Positions 1 through 11,300 of a stretch of 45,171 nt of DNA are shown piece by piece. Made by a program: the position numbers and the translations under genes. The stretch's first letter is position 1. Each line of letters opens with the position of its first letter. The DNA is from Vitrella brassicaformis CCMP3155. Its lineage: Eukaryota > Protista > Chromerida. The notes under the pieces were generated by a model. That model ran no database searches. It was not told the DNA's origin and was given only the letters and a program-made list of their open reading frames with translations. The stretch spans positions 1-45,171 of the forward strand of contig CDMY01000600.1 in NCBI GenBank assembly GCA_001179505.1, in the 5' to 3' direction.

Positions 1-404
1 AAGACTTCGGCTCAGATAAGCAAGAACCAAGTTGCTGCGCCCATGTGCGAAAAGGCCGGTGAGGACCTTTCCTGTAGTTAGCTGAATAGAGGATCTGCTG
101 GGCGATAAGTCCCAGAGTAAGAGTGCTTTTACCTTAATAAGACCGATGGACTGGCCAGTCAGTCAAAGTTGTTTCTGTCCATCTATGGCATCATGAAGGG
201 TGGTCAACACAGATCTCACTTCGGTGATGGCTGATAAGATCGTGTCTCCTCAGAATGCTTTCCTTGTCTTTCCTTGTCTTCTCCTCTCTCCGTTACACAG
301 CAATCTACCCTAGCTCACAAGCTTGCAGTGGTTCGTCTTGCCAAGCTGGCAATCCTGACAGGTTGTTGCCCGTTCACATGTCCAACGCACTGCGATTTCG
401 GCTG

Positions 405-412
405 AGCTCGCA
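405..412 (+). promoter_or_regulatory. AGCTCGCA upstream motif
   Basis: About 50 nt before ATG 463. The same 8-mer recurs before most gene starts in the window. Confidence 0.5.
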
Positions 413-462
413 GCTTCCCCGTCAAACCCACAACCGACCGACCCACCGTGCCAGCTGATGCC

Positions 463-2354
463 ATGGATGAGGACGAGTCGGACGACATTCGCTTTCAGTC
501 GCTGCAGCGTGCCTTCGACCGGGCGGCCGAGCAGCTGTATGAGAGAGCCGTGGACAAGCTGTTGTCAATCAAGGAGAGGGCCGAGGAGAGGGGCTTCCAA
601 CTGATCAGTCCAGTGCACTGCCTGTTGGAAGGAGCGCATTGGATTCCCCATGGGGAACGCTTCGAGGGCCCTGAAGAGCAGAAAGTCCGGCGGCTGGCTG
701 AGAAGCTCGTGTGTGCGTATCCGTCGGTTCCGCAGGGAGATCCGAGGTATGATGCAGTGGAGGCAGCCAAGTTCCCCATGGTCGACTGCATCATGCAAAG
801 CGCCGCTTCGTATGGCGATCTGGCCTTGTTCCGCCTGGTGGCTGGTCGGATGGGGTCACTGGGACGACCGGATCACGTGGTGAGGGCGGCCATCTCGGGT
901 GGGTCGATTGCGGTTCTTCGAGAGCTGGTGCTAGAGCATGGTGTCCCTCTGCCGCTGAGTATCATGACGTCCCCACCCCAGTCTACCCAGTCTATCCTCC
1001 CTTTGCACAAGCAGGTGTCCACGCTCACCGAGGCCATTCAGCTGGGTGCGACGATGGACGGCAGCACACGGAGGAACCCCCTCGCCTGGGAGGCTCTGTT
1101 AGCATACCAACAACTCCTGAACCAAATACAAAAGCAGCAGAGTAACTTGGATGTTTTTACTTGCTGCTATCTTTTGCCTATCCATAGGCGTTTGTTCGTG
1201 TGGAGCGTGCAGCCAAGGCGGCCCTCCGGTCCCTCGCCGCTGTCTACACGGCCACTCAGATCCATCCCATCCTCTCCCCCTTCTCTTCAAGCGCCCCCAC
1301 TCTCGGCCCGCTGCTCATCGAGGAGGCCCCCCGACACATCCAGTTCCCCACATTAACCCTTTTCGGTCGCCGGATCACCATCGCACTTTCACACGCCGTC
1401 AAGTCGGTGGCCATGGGCACTCAGCAGCAGCAGCAGCAGGGCAACCAATCAGCAAGAGGGGGTGGGCAGCCAAGGCAGCAGGGCGACGAGCCAACACGAT
1501 CGGCCGCAGCGGAGCACGCAGCCGACAACGAAGCAACAGACCAACAGCGGCAGCCTGACGGCGACGAGCCATCACCAGCAGGAGATGGCCAGGGGCAGCC
1601 AGGGGGTGGCGACCGAGCAGTCCCATCGACCGCAGATGGGGATGGAGGCAGCGACCAAACAGCAGGACGTCCCCTTTGGACGGTGTCTGAGCAGCTGAGT
1701 CGCCGGCTTTTTACCATTGGTAGCGTCTCCTCTCGGCGTGTGTCGTTGTGGGATGTGGTGGAGAAGGCCAGGCACGAGGAGGCGGCCAAACACCGCCTGA
1801 CGATCGACGAGAGGGCGGGCAGCGACACATCTTTTGAGTGGACGGAGGTGGGCTATGTCGACAACGGCCAATTCGTGTCGCTGGGACTTGACACGGCCAT
1901 TATCCCATCCCAGCCCACTCTTGGTGCTACAGCCGATGGCGCATCTGCACCGCATGACGAACCCCCTTCCAGCTCGTCGTCTGTTGAGATGATGCGTGGC
2001 CAGCCATCGGCGCCCGCTGTCTCGCATGACGAGACCCCGGCCGGCCCCTCCTCGACTGGTGTGTCGGACGACGGTCCTGGCCCCGCCCCTCCACCACCAG
2101 TCACGCCGTCACCATCTGCAGCGAGTGGCGGTGCCCAGCCCTCTGCATCGTCATCAGCCAGCGCGCAAGGGCCCTCGTTTTGGGGGTGGATCCGGGGGTG
2201 GAACCCATCACCAGCATACACGGGAGTACCACAAGCTGCAGCGGCACCAGCATCATCTGATGACGTGCCGGGGGCAGAGCGTAGACGCCAGCCATGTGGC
2301 GTCATAATGCAAGCAGGAGAGCCAGACAGACGGGCAGATAGAGCGGGCAGGTAG
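463..2354 (+). CDS. Lineage-specific ankyrin-like protein, tandem copy 1 (2 exons; splice donor uncertain, possibly degenerate)
   Basis: ATG 463 in ORF 448-1356. Second exon starts at acceptor ccatag|1188 (AFVRVERAAKAALR) and is homologous to the exon at 3665 (VFDRVEGAARAALR). Helical ankyrin-like segments (SAASYGDLALFRLV, RAAISGGSIAVLRELV) are followed by a poly-Q/low-complexity tail and a conserved block (RRVSLWDVVEKAR..DTSFEW..VGYVD). The position equivalent to the paralog's donor reads caa|ataca at 1126, not GT. Confidence 0.6.
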
Positions 2355-2410
2355 CTAGCATTACGTTTGTGGTGTGCCGATCTGGTGGGGACTTGTTTGA
2401 CGTGTGGTCA
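1188..2410 (+). repeat. Tandemly duplicated 3' half of the ankyrin-like genes (second copy 3665-5110)
   Basis: Long near-identical stretches (e.g. 1470-1655 versus 3940-4130) and a shared downstream gtggtgtgccgatctggtggggact at 2369 and 5079. Confidence 0.9.
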
Positions 2411-2734
2411 AGCTGGTGGCCGGACAGAAATGCACCTATTGAAATGGACGCTGCCGTCTGCATGACAGACCGACGGCTGGTGGTGGCTCACCCGTGCGCT
2501 GCACTAATTGTCCAGCGGGCAGCAGCAGGGAAAGAAAGCCCCTTCGCCGTGAAACAAAACAGTGGCGCAGAGAACCTCACACGATGGCACCAGAATCGGC
2601 TGCGGAGATGTCAGTTCTACAATATGAGATGACAGCTGAGGCTCAGAGGCGCCTGAAATGGGACAGAACTGAAGCACAGGGGCTCTTGACGGCTTTTCTA
2701 TCGCTGCCTTATCCACTGATGTGGTGATGAGTCA

Positions 2735-4993
2735 ATGGACGCACGCAGAATCAGTGTGTGTAAGCTTGAGCTGATACCTGCTTCTGGACAGCAAATGCGA
2801 CGTCTGAACAGACAATACGTCGCAGTATATGAACAGGACTTGTATGAACAGGTGGATGCGGCACAGCACAGCACAGCAGCACAAAATAACTACCCATGGA
2901 TCACAACGGACGTTGGTGTTTGTTTGTTTCTTCCAGCCCAAGCCCCTTCGCTCAGCTTTGCGTATCCTGAAGGGCCTGGGGCTGGCCGCTTTCCCCTGTG
3001 CACTCACCCACACAGAGGCCCTGAGGCGGGGGCTGCTTGCCAAGCGTCTCACTGCGGCAGAGGTCACTCAGCTCATTGATGACGGAGCGGACCCCAACCT
3101 ACCATGGCATCGGCAGACGCGGACCGCTGTCAACCATGTGTTCTTCTACCTCAACGAGTGGCGTGGCGGGCGGCAGGAGGGGCTGCGCGTCATGGCGGCC
3201 CTCATCAGGGGAGGACAGGGCCCTTGCTGGCTTGACCTGTGGGCAAACTACGAGGACGAGGGTGACGTGATTGAGATGCTCCGAAGCCTATCCCTCGCCT
3301 CGTTTTCTTCCTGCCACGCCTACCTCCGAGCCGCCCTTCGAGCAGGCGAAGTGCACACGACTCGCGAGCTGATCTTCAACAGGGTGGGGATGTCGACTGA
3401 CGCCCTTCTTGCCGTCATGGGGTCGCGGAAGGAATGTCCCCATCTTCCAGCTGCCGCGAGTGAGGCCTTCCACCTGGGCGTGATCGCGGCGGCGATGAAA
3501 AGGACCATCGACAACTACCGGCAAGCAGATCTCCGCGTGCGGATGAGTGAGCGATTCGATGCCGCATACGAGCACTACTTGACCGAGGTGAGCATGGCTA
3601 TCTTTATTATCAGTGTCCTGTGTTGCCCTCGTTCTGTCTTGCCCTCGCTTCCGTATTGTACTAGGTGTTTGATCGTGTCGAGGGTGCGGCCAGGGCGGCG
3701 CTCCGGTCTGTCGTCGCCATGCACAGGGCTAGCAAGACCCATCCCATCCTCTCGCTCCACGCGCAGTCCGCCCCCACTCTCGGCCCCATGCTCATCGAAC
3801 AGCCCCCTCGCCACATCCAACTCCCCATCGCCAGCCCCTCCCTCCGCCGCATCTCCATCGCCCTCAACCACGCCGTCGACTCGGTGGCTGCGGGCCGAAT
3901 GCAGCAGCAGCAGGGCAACCAATTAGCAGGAGGGGGTGGCCAGCCAAGGCAGCAGGGCGACGAGCCAACACCACCGACCGCAGAGGAACACGCAGCCGAC
4001 AACGAGACAACAGACCAACAGCGGCAGCAGGACGGCGACGAGCCATCACCAGCAGGAGATGGCCAGGGGCAGCCAGGGGTGGCGACCGAGCAGCACCATC
4101 GACCGCAGAAGGGGATGGAGGCAGCGACCAACTCACACGGGATGGGGCCCACCAGCAGCAGCCGGGCGGCAACCAAGGTGCAGCAGGAGACCTCTGGACG
4201 GTTCCCCAGCAGCTCCGTCGGCCGTTCTTTGTTATCGACGGCGCCTCGGGTCGGCGTGTGTCGCTCTATGAGATCATAGAGAAGGCCAGGCGCGAGGAGG
4301 CGGCCTCATTCGGGATGACCATCAAGGAGAGGGAGGGCAGCGACACATCCTTCGAATGGGCGGACGTGGGCTATGTTGACGACAGCAACTTCATCTCATT
4401 GGGACTCGATACGCCTGTCATCGCAGCCCGGTCCCTTTCCGCTGCCCCTAGTCCCTCCTCCCCCTGGCCTGCCATCGCACCCGAGCCCACCGCTTCCCGA
4501 GTTTCTGCCCCTCCTCCCACCGTCGTGACCCATCGCAGGTGGAGGCCCTCCGACATCGTGCCACCGCCCCCTCGCCGTCTCTTTGGCCCCGGCAGCCCCC
4601 GGCCGCTGATCGACCCCCAGCAGCTGCTGCAAAACAAAGGCAGGACCATCTTCAGGTGGACAGGGACAAGCAAACGACGCACGAATAGCGGACAGGTAGG
4701 CGAGTCTGCGGCAACAAGCGGTCCATGCTGTCGGTTGCGGATGTGTGTATGCGCGGTAGGTCGCCGCTGCCCATGGCATAGCTGGCCAGCCATCGGCACC
4801 CGCTGCCCCGCATGACCATGCTGCCGCCGGCCTCTCGTCGTCTGCTGGTGTGTCGGGTGATCGTCCTGGGCCTTCACCATCAGCTGTGCCAAGTGGCGGT
4901 GATTCGCAGCTCACTGCCCCGCCGGCCGGCGATGCGCTACCAGCACCAGCAGCCTCTGGTGACGTGCCGCGTGCTGCCACAAACACACCATAG
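2735..4993 (+). pseudogene. Ankyrin-like tandem copy 2, with a 1-nt frameshift and an early TAG
   Basis: Exons 2735-2851, 2937-3587, 3665-4695 and 4760-4993, all with GT-AG phase-0 junctions. Ankyrin-like motif LIDDGADPN. The G-run at 4076-4079 has 4 G versus 5 G in copy 1 (1602-1606), shifting the frame; the homologous frame resumes in ORF 4258-4815. TAG 4991-4993 is followed by in-frame homologous sequence to 5069. Confidence 0.65.
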
Positions 4994-5369
4994 CGTGATG
5001 GCAGTGGAGACGCCAGTCATGATGCAAGCAGGGGAGCCAGACAGGCGGGCAGATAGGGTGGGCAGATAGCATCGACTGGTGGTGTGCCGATCTGGTGGGG
5101 ACTCGCCTGAGTGATGGTGTTGCGTTTGACGTGTCGTCGAGTCTGGCTGGCTGCCGCAAGGGCTGGTGTAATAGATTCATTGAGGAGGGAGCCACTGAAT
5201 TCGACACGACAGTGCTTCATGTGATTCAGTTTCGAGTAACGTCAGTCAGCGTATGCACCAAAAGACCCAATCAACATCATCAAATGCACAAACTCATCAC
5301 ATCTCGCAGCCCCACACCACAATCAGCTCCCGAGTCGACCACGCCGCCAGGGCAAGGTCTGCCTCACAA

Positions 5370-8300
5370 TTAGAAGTGCAGGTTGGCCATCCTGAGTATG
5401 TGGCTCATCTGCGGGTTGGTCTCCAGCACCTTGCCCATCTTCATCTTCAGCCGAGGGTCGCGGTGCTTCTTCGGATCCTGACACACACACACATGAGCAC
5501 TTGGACACTGCCCTCACTTGCGGCTGCGGTTACACTCACCCTGAGGAAGTCTAACACGTCGATGTTCTGCTTGGCCCCCTCGGCCACCAAGACGTCCCAT
5601 CCAGGCAGCTTGCGCAGGATCTCCTCAATAGCATTGCCGGCAGGGGCTGACTGTGCCGGCGGAGCACTGACGTGAGGAGGGCCTCCGGTGGGAGTACCTA
5701 GATATACACACGGCACACACACAGCAGACATCGATCGCCTGCCCCATGAATCCATCGATCTCTTCGACATCTGCTGACCTGTTTGTGTGGGTTGCTGCGT
5801 TTCGTCGTGCATGCCGCTTGGCGGCCCCGCCTGCATGCCAGCAGCCATTGCAGCCATCATGGCGGGTGGAGGCATTGACGGCCGGAAGGTAATCGGTGCC
5901 GACGGCGTCGTGGCTGGAGGTTGCACAATCGCCCCGCCTTGTTCGTCGAAGCCGTTCTCAGGCTGCAGCTGAATCGCCTGCTTCGGTGGGGCTGCAGCTG
6001 CTGATGGCGCCTGTTGCCGTCGGTCGGTTGCTGCTCCCGCATCCACCTTGACCTCCTGGCTTCTGGGTGGCGTCGGTGCGGGTGCAACGGGGGGCCTCCA
6101 GGGCCTGTCAATGGCAACTGGCGCCTGGGGCATCGGCACGTCTGGCGGGGGGCGAGAGGGCGAGGGGCCCGGTGGAGTGGGGATCTTGGCTGTGTTGTTG
6201 CCCTTCTCGAAGTCATCGACGTGCTTGGATGGCGGCCGCGAGAGGTCCCTACGTGCACGTCTCATCCGGAAGGTGTCGGTGGCGTCGTACTGCCTGCTGG
6301 GCGGTGGGAATGGTCTCGGTGCGGGGGGCTGCTGAGAAGGGGGAAAGCCTGGGCGGGGGGGCTGGCTGCGGCCACTGTCGTCGGTCGTGCCGGGAGGCCT
6401 CTGATGACATAAAGAGGACACACAATGAGTGGATGCACTGCGGTAGGCAATGGCTGCTGATTGGCTGACCATGAATGGCGCTTTCCCGATTGCGTCCGGT
6501 TGGAACAGGAAGTTGCAGGGCAGCATGGGGGGCGCTCCAGGCACCTGCTGTGGCACTGCGTCCTTCGGTCGATAGGGGATGCTCTCGCGACGAGCCACAG
6601 ACCTCCAACCAGTGCTCCGTTCCTGCAATAGGGCCAGCAAAAGGACGTGCAGATGTCATACACCCACACAATCCTGGCTCGCCTTTTCTCACCAGTTCTT
6701 TCGCCCTTTGGAAGACCCACTGCACGGCCTCCCTCGCACCTTGTCCGTCACTGTCCTTGTCGCCCCCAGCCCAGTCCATGCCATTGCCGCACAAGTCGTC
6801 GGTGGCGTCAGGCTCTACAGTGTCGATCATGCCGGCGCCCCCCGTCATCCGCTCCCCAGTGCGGTAGCTCGTGCTGACGATGAGGCCATGTGCGTACGGG
6901 TGGAAGGCCTGGCCAGTGGGCGGACTGCAGTGGGCTGCAAACAGGTCCACATGCAGGGACTGCTCGAGAGAGAAGGACGCAGAAACGTCGAGCACCGATG
7001 ACGGGAGACTCTGAGGACATGTGGAAACCCACATCGGTAAAGCCAACCTTGATCTCCAGGTCTTTCTCCTTCTTGGCTCACCGTCGGTGCCTTGTCGTCG
7101 CTGGCATTGTTCATGGCCTTGTCCCTGAGTTGCTGTAGGCTGCCCCTGACGTCCACTGCCCTGACGTGGCAAAGCGTCAGGGGCGACGACACATTCGCGT
7201 CGCTTCCCTCCTCCTGATAAAAGGCCTCGACAGACCGCACAGCCTCATCCAGCACCTCCAGGGGCGGCTTGGCGGACGACGGCAGCATGTGGTGGGCCTG
7301 GGAAGGGGACGTGGCCTTGGGCGAGACCGATGATGCCTCGAAGATGCCCCCGTAGATGTCGTCACCCTCGTCCAGCGCAGCAGCCTGTGTTGAAACGAGG
7401 GACATATCAATCACCCGTTCACCGCACTGTGTCCTGTGTGTTTGGTGCTGTGTATCCTTACCTGTGACGGCTGCTGTTGTTGTGTACTTGTGGTTTTTGC
7501 CGTGTCCCATGGCGAGTCCACGCCCGAGTCGGAGAGAGCGGCCTTGAGCAGGGGCAGGGGGGACGGTGTGCAGTCGACCACACGATTGGACAGGATGAGC
7601 AGCAGTTGTGTCGCCTCGAGCCACTGGTCAAGAGCCGCCTCAAGAGACAAACGCTCGCGAGACATTCGGTCGGCCTGAGAACCAAAATCAGTTTGATGTC
7701 ATTCTTGCTCCATCTGTCGTGCGTCTCCTGCTCACCTTCTGTTTGGTTGACGTGTCATTCCCCCTCAGTTTGTCCAGCAGAGCGGCGATTTCCATGCCCA
7801 CCCGCTGCATCACTCCGTGTAACTTGAGGGCGCTGCTGAGGTTGACGCGCACCTTCCCCACTCCTTCCCCCTGGCGCCCCTCGCCCAGCGCCATGTCAAA
7901 CAGGAACGGCAGCAGACACGACCGCCGAGATGTGAAGAGCAAGAGACAGCGGAGCCCCTCGAGCACCGTCGATATGGACGGCAGCGGCTCGCTCTCCCGG
8001 CTCATGGGCGTAGACCCCTTGTCGTCACTCGTGCGGTTTAGCACCGAGCTGAGGGCCTTGCACATCAGCCGGTAGGACGCCGCTATCTCGAACGGCGACC
8101 TGTCGCTGCCCTCTCGGCTGCCCTCGTTGATGCAGCGCCAGCCGACCGCCTTGAACGCCCGGATGGTGAAGCGGTAGATGGCGTCAGCGTGGGCGGGTGG
8201 ATAGCCCTTGTGCGACAGGAGGATGTTGAGGTGGCGGATCAGCGGCTCCAAAGCGGCGATCATCTGGCTTGGTGAGAGGGGCGTGGCTGAGGTGGGGAGG

Positions 8301-11300
8301 AGGGCTATGGTCTCGAAGAAGCTGAGTAGGCGACATGCGCGCCGCTGCGACTCGGCCGGCGCCGCTGACGACACGGACACAGATGACGCCTGAAACAGAC
8401 ACAAGCAACAGATGTACACAAGCGTCTGAACGCATGTGCGTATGGACTGTCTCCTGACCTGTGGCGATACTCTTGGAGTCCCCTGCCCCGAATGGTTGGC
8501 CGTCTGTGGAGTCGTGTAGAGCGCACTTGATCCACTCAGCAGCTCCCGGTTGCTCATCTCGACGGCCAGGGCCAGGATGGGCAGCCCGGTGTCGAGGAGC
8601 GGTACGGTGGCGAGGGCAGCGACAGAGTGCAGAAGTGGCGACGACGTGGACGCGCTGTGGGCAATGAAGCTCATCAGAGCGCCGAGATCCTCCATGTGCA
8701 CCGACTCATTCAACCGCAGTGCCTGAGACAGGGAGGACAGACGACACGGTCAGAGCAACAAGGCAGCACTCGCCATTCCATCCCTTTACCCGCTGAAGCG
8801 TCTTGTACTTCTTCCACTGCGCCTCCATGTCGCCGCGCATGCCGTCCATGTGCCTCTTGGCCACCTCCCACAACGGGTCACCCGGATCACCAACGACATC
8901 CATCTCATTTGCACCGTCCTGCCCCTCGATCGCCCCACACACGTCCCTCCATGTCTCCTCCTCCAGACCAATCCACCCGTCGTCTCGTCGGGCGATGCCC
9001 ACACGCCATTCCTTGCCCACTGACAGACAGCCGAGTCGCGAGCCTCCTCGCTGTGCTGTGTCGTTGCCTGTGAGAGTGATTTGGCATGTCAGGTGCAGCA
9101 GGGGAAGAGGCGGCTGGTCGTCCTGGTCGTTTAAGGCGTCGTCGATAAGAGATGGGGACCTCGACGGCCGGGGGGTTGGCAGGATGTCACAGGAGAGAGT
9201 GATGGACGAGGGAATGTCGATCCTGCCATCACCCTCAGACCTGAAGGAGGGCAAACCAGCCACGTGACAAAGAGAGCTGTTCTTGGGGACCCTGTTCTCG
9301 GCCTTACCTTTCCATCCATTCCTGGGCCACTTCCATGCCGCCTTTGACCATTGGCGGCCTTTCGCCCTCACCCAACCCGAAAACATGCGGCGCTGCCGGC
9401 AGCCAGCTCCCCCACCCCTTGCACGCGCCCACCAGCAGCAGCACCGCCGCACTCGAAGCAGGCAGCAGCGTCCCGTGCCGCACCAGAGTGCGGATCATCA
9501 TGCTGCGGGAGAGGGGGAACGAGTAGAGCCTGGCAGCAATGTCGGCTGTGAGTTCGATGCATGTGCGAATGTTGGTGGCGAGAGCGGCCATGTCGAATGG
9601 GTCGGGATCAGCAGGGGATGGTGGCTTGGAATGGGGGATGGTAAGCAGAGGTGGCATGCACGTGAGCCGCTGAGCGACGACCAACATGGCCTGGAGCAAC
9701 GGGGTGCAACGCAGTGCCTGCAGAAGGGTGACAAGAGGAGACGTGTGGAAGGAACATCTGTGCAGACGTCTGGGTCCGTTTAGTCAACCCACCTGTACGT
9801 TGGACGTCTTCCTGATGAGCGCCAGACTGCCACTGACCACTTGCAAAGCACTCCTGGGCCACAACAGAGATAGAGGACCAATTAATGCATGAACGTTCCA
9901 GCCCGTTGTGCTTGTGGGCATGTCGCTTCATCCTTACTCACCTGAGCAGGGGGAGGTGTTTGTGTGCGGAAGTGATCCACGCACCCAGCCCTTGACCGCT
10001 GTGCATCACCATGTCCTGGAGACCAGCAGTCTGCACACACACGACGACAGGCAGAGGCCAGTACATGATTACAGACCCAGATGGCCTTGTTGCTGGTGAG
10101 CTCACTGTCGGATTCGGCCCCATCGCAGCCGCACAGCTGACGACCAGCCCTGCCAACACCGCCAGCCCCTTCTCAGCCAGCTCTCTCGCCATCTCCTCGG
10201 CGGCACGCACCGCCCCCTCTCCATCCAACGCACCCAACAGCCCGTGCAGCTCCCTCGCCTTCTCCTGGGCCATTAGACTCTTCCCCACACCACTCCCAAT
10301 GCTATCGATCTTGCCCAGGCCTCCCACAGCCGTCAAGGTGTGCCATCTCAGCTGCCTCACGGCCACGTTGAGGGCGATTATGGACTCACTGTCAGACGGC
10401 AGCTCTCTGTCGATGTCGTTGAGCGGCCCCAGCTCGTCAGTGGGGTCAGTTTTGGAGTAGTCGATGTCCAGCAGATGGGTGGCTGTGGCCCAGTCCATGC
10501 CGCCCATCCTGGCGGCCACCTCGTCGCGAGCACCCTCCTTGGCCCGTGCCAAGGGACGGCACTGGCTGGGGTCGGCCAGAGACCTGCAACATGAGAGGAC
10601 CAATAGAAAGACAGAATTAAGTCTATCTGGCAGTGCTTGGATGTGCTGTGGTCTTCTCCCCCATCGCACCTGATTGTTTGTATGATGTCCGGCACGGAAG
10701 GCGTCCGCACGACCAGATGGGTTCCCGTGGCTGCGTCTGCTGGGCTGCCTGGGGCGGTGGCCATCTGCGGACTCGATGTGTGCGATGGCGGCTGAGATGA
10801 CGTCCGGCCGGTGTCCTTCTTGTCCAGCCGGAACCCCTCCAAGTAGTGCGCCACCTCACTCACAGAGGCCTTGAGCCGCATGTCGTTGGCAACCAGCTGC
10901 AAAGACAGCATTCCCGCACGTGTGCGAACAGGGCAGTGCACATGTTGCCTTCTTCATCACACCTTCGGCAATGTCCATTTCTGGTCGCCGCCGATGCAGA
11001 TGCCGGTGGTGAGGTTCTCCCCCTCCTTGCTGCCGCCCTCAGCCGGCATCAGCTCGTCTATCGGCGTCAAGGCCAAACAGCACTCATCCTCGCTCTTGTT
11101 GGCTTGCTGCAGTTGGTCCGCGTGGCTGCTGATGTCCATGAGAGTGCGTGTGACAGGCAGGAGTGTGGGCATGAGGGTGCGCGTGGTGGTCGTCAATTCG
11201 TCAGATGACAACAGGAAGTGACACAACGCGACCCAATGCCTGAAAGACAGACAGCGGAAGACATAAATATCCATACTCACCTGCATGTGGGTCGTCAGGT

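Noticed and set aside
1-400. Lower-GC segment as a transposon or retroelement fragment
   Set aside because: All frames are short and have no recognisable RT, integrase or transposase motif. It is left unexplained.
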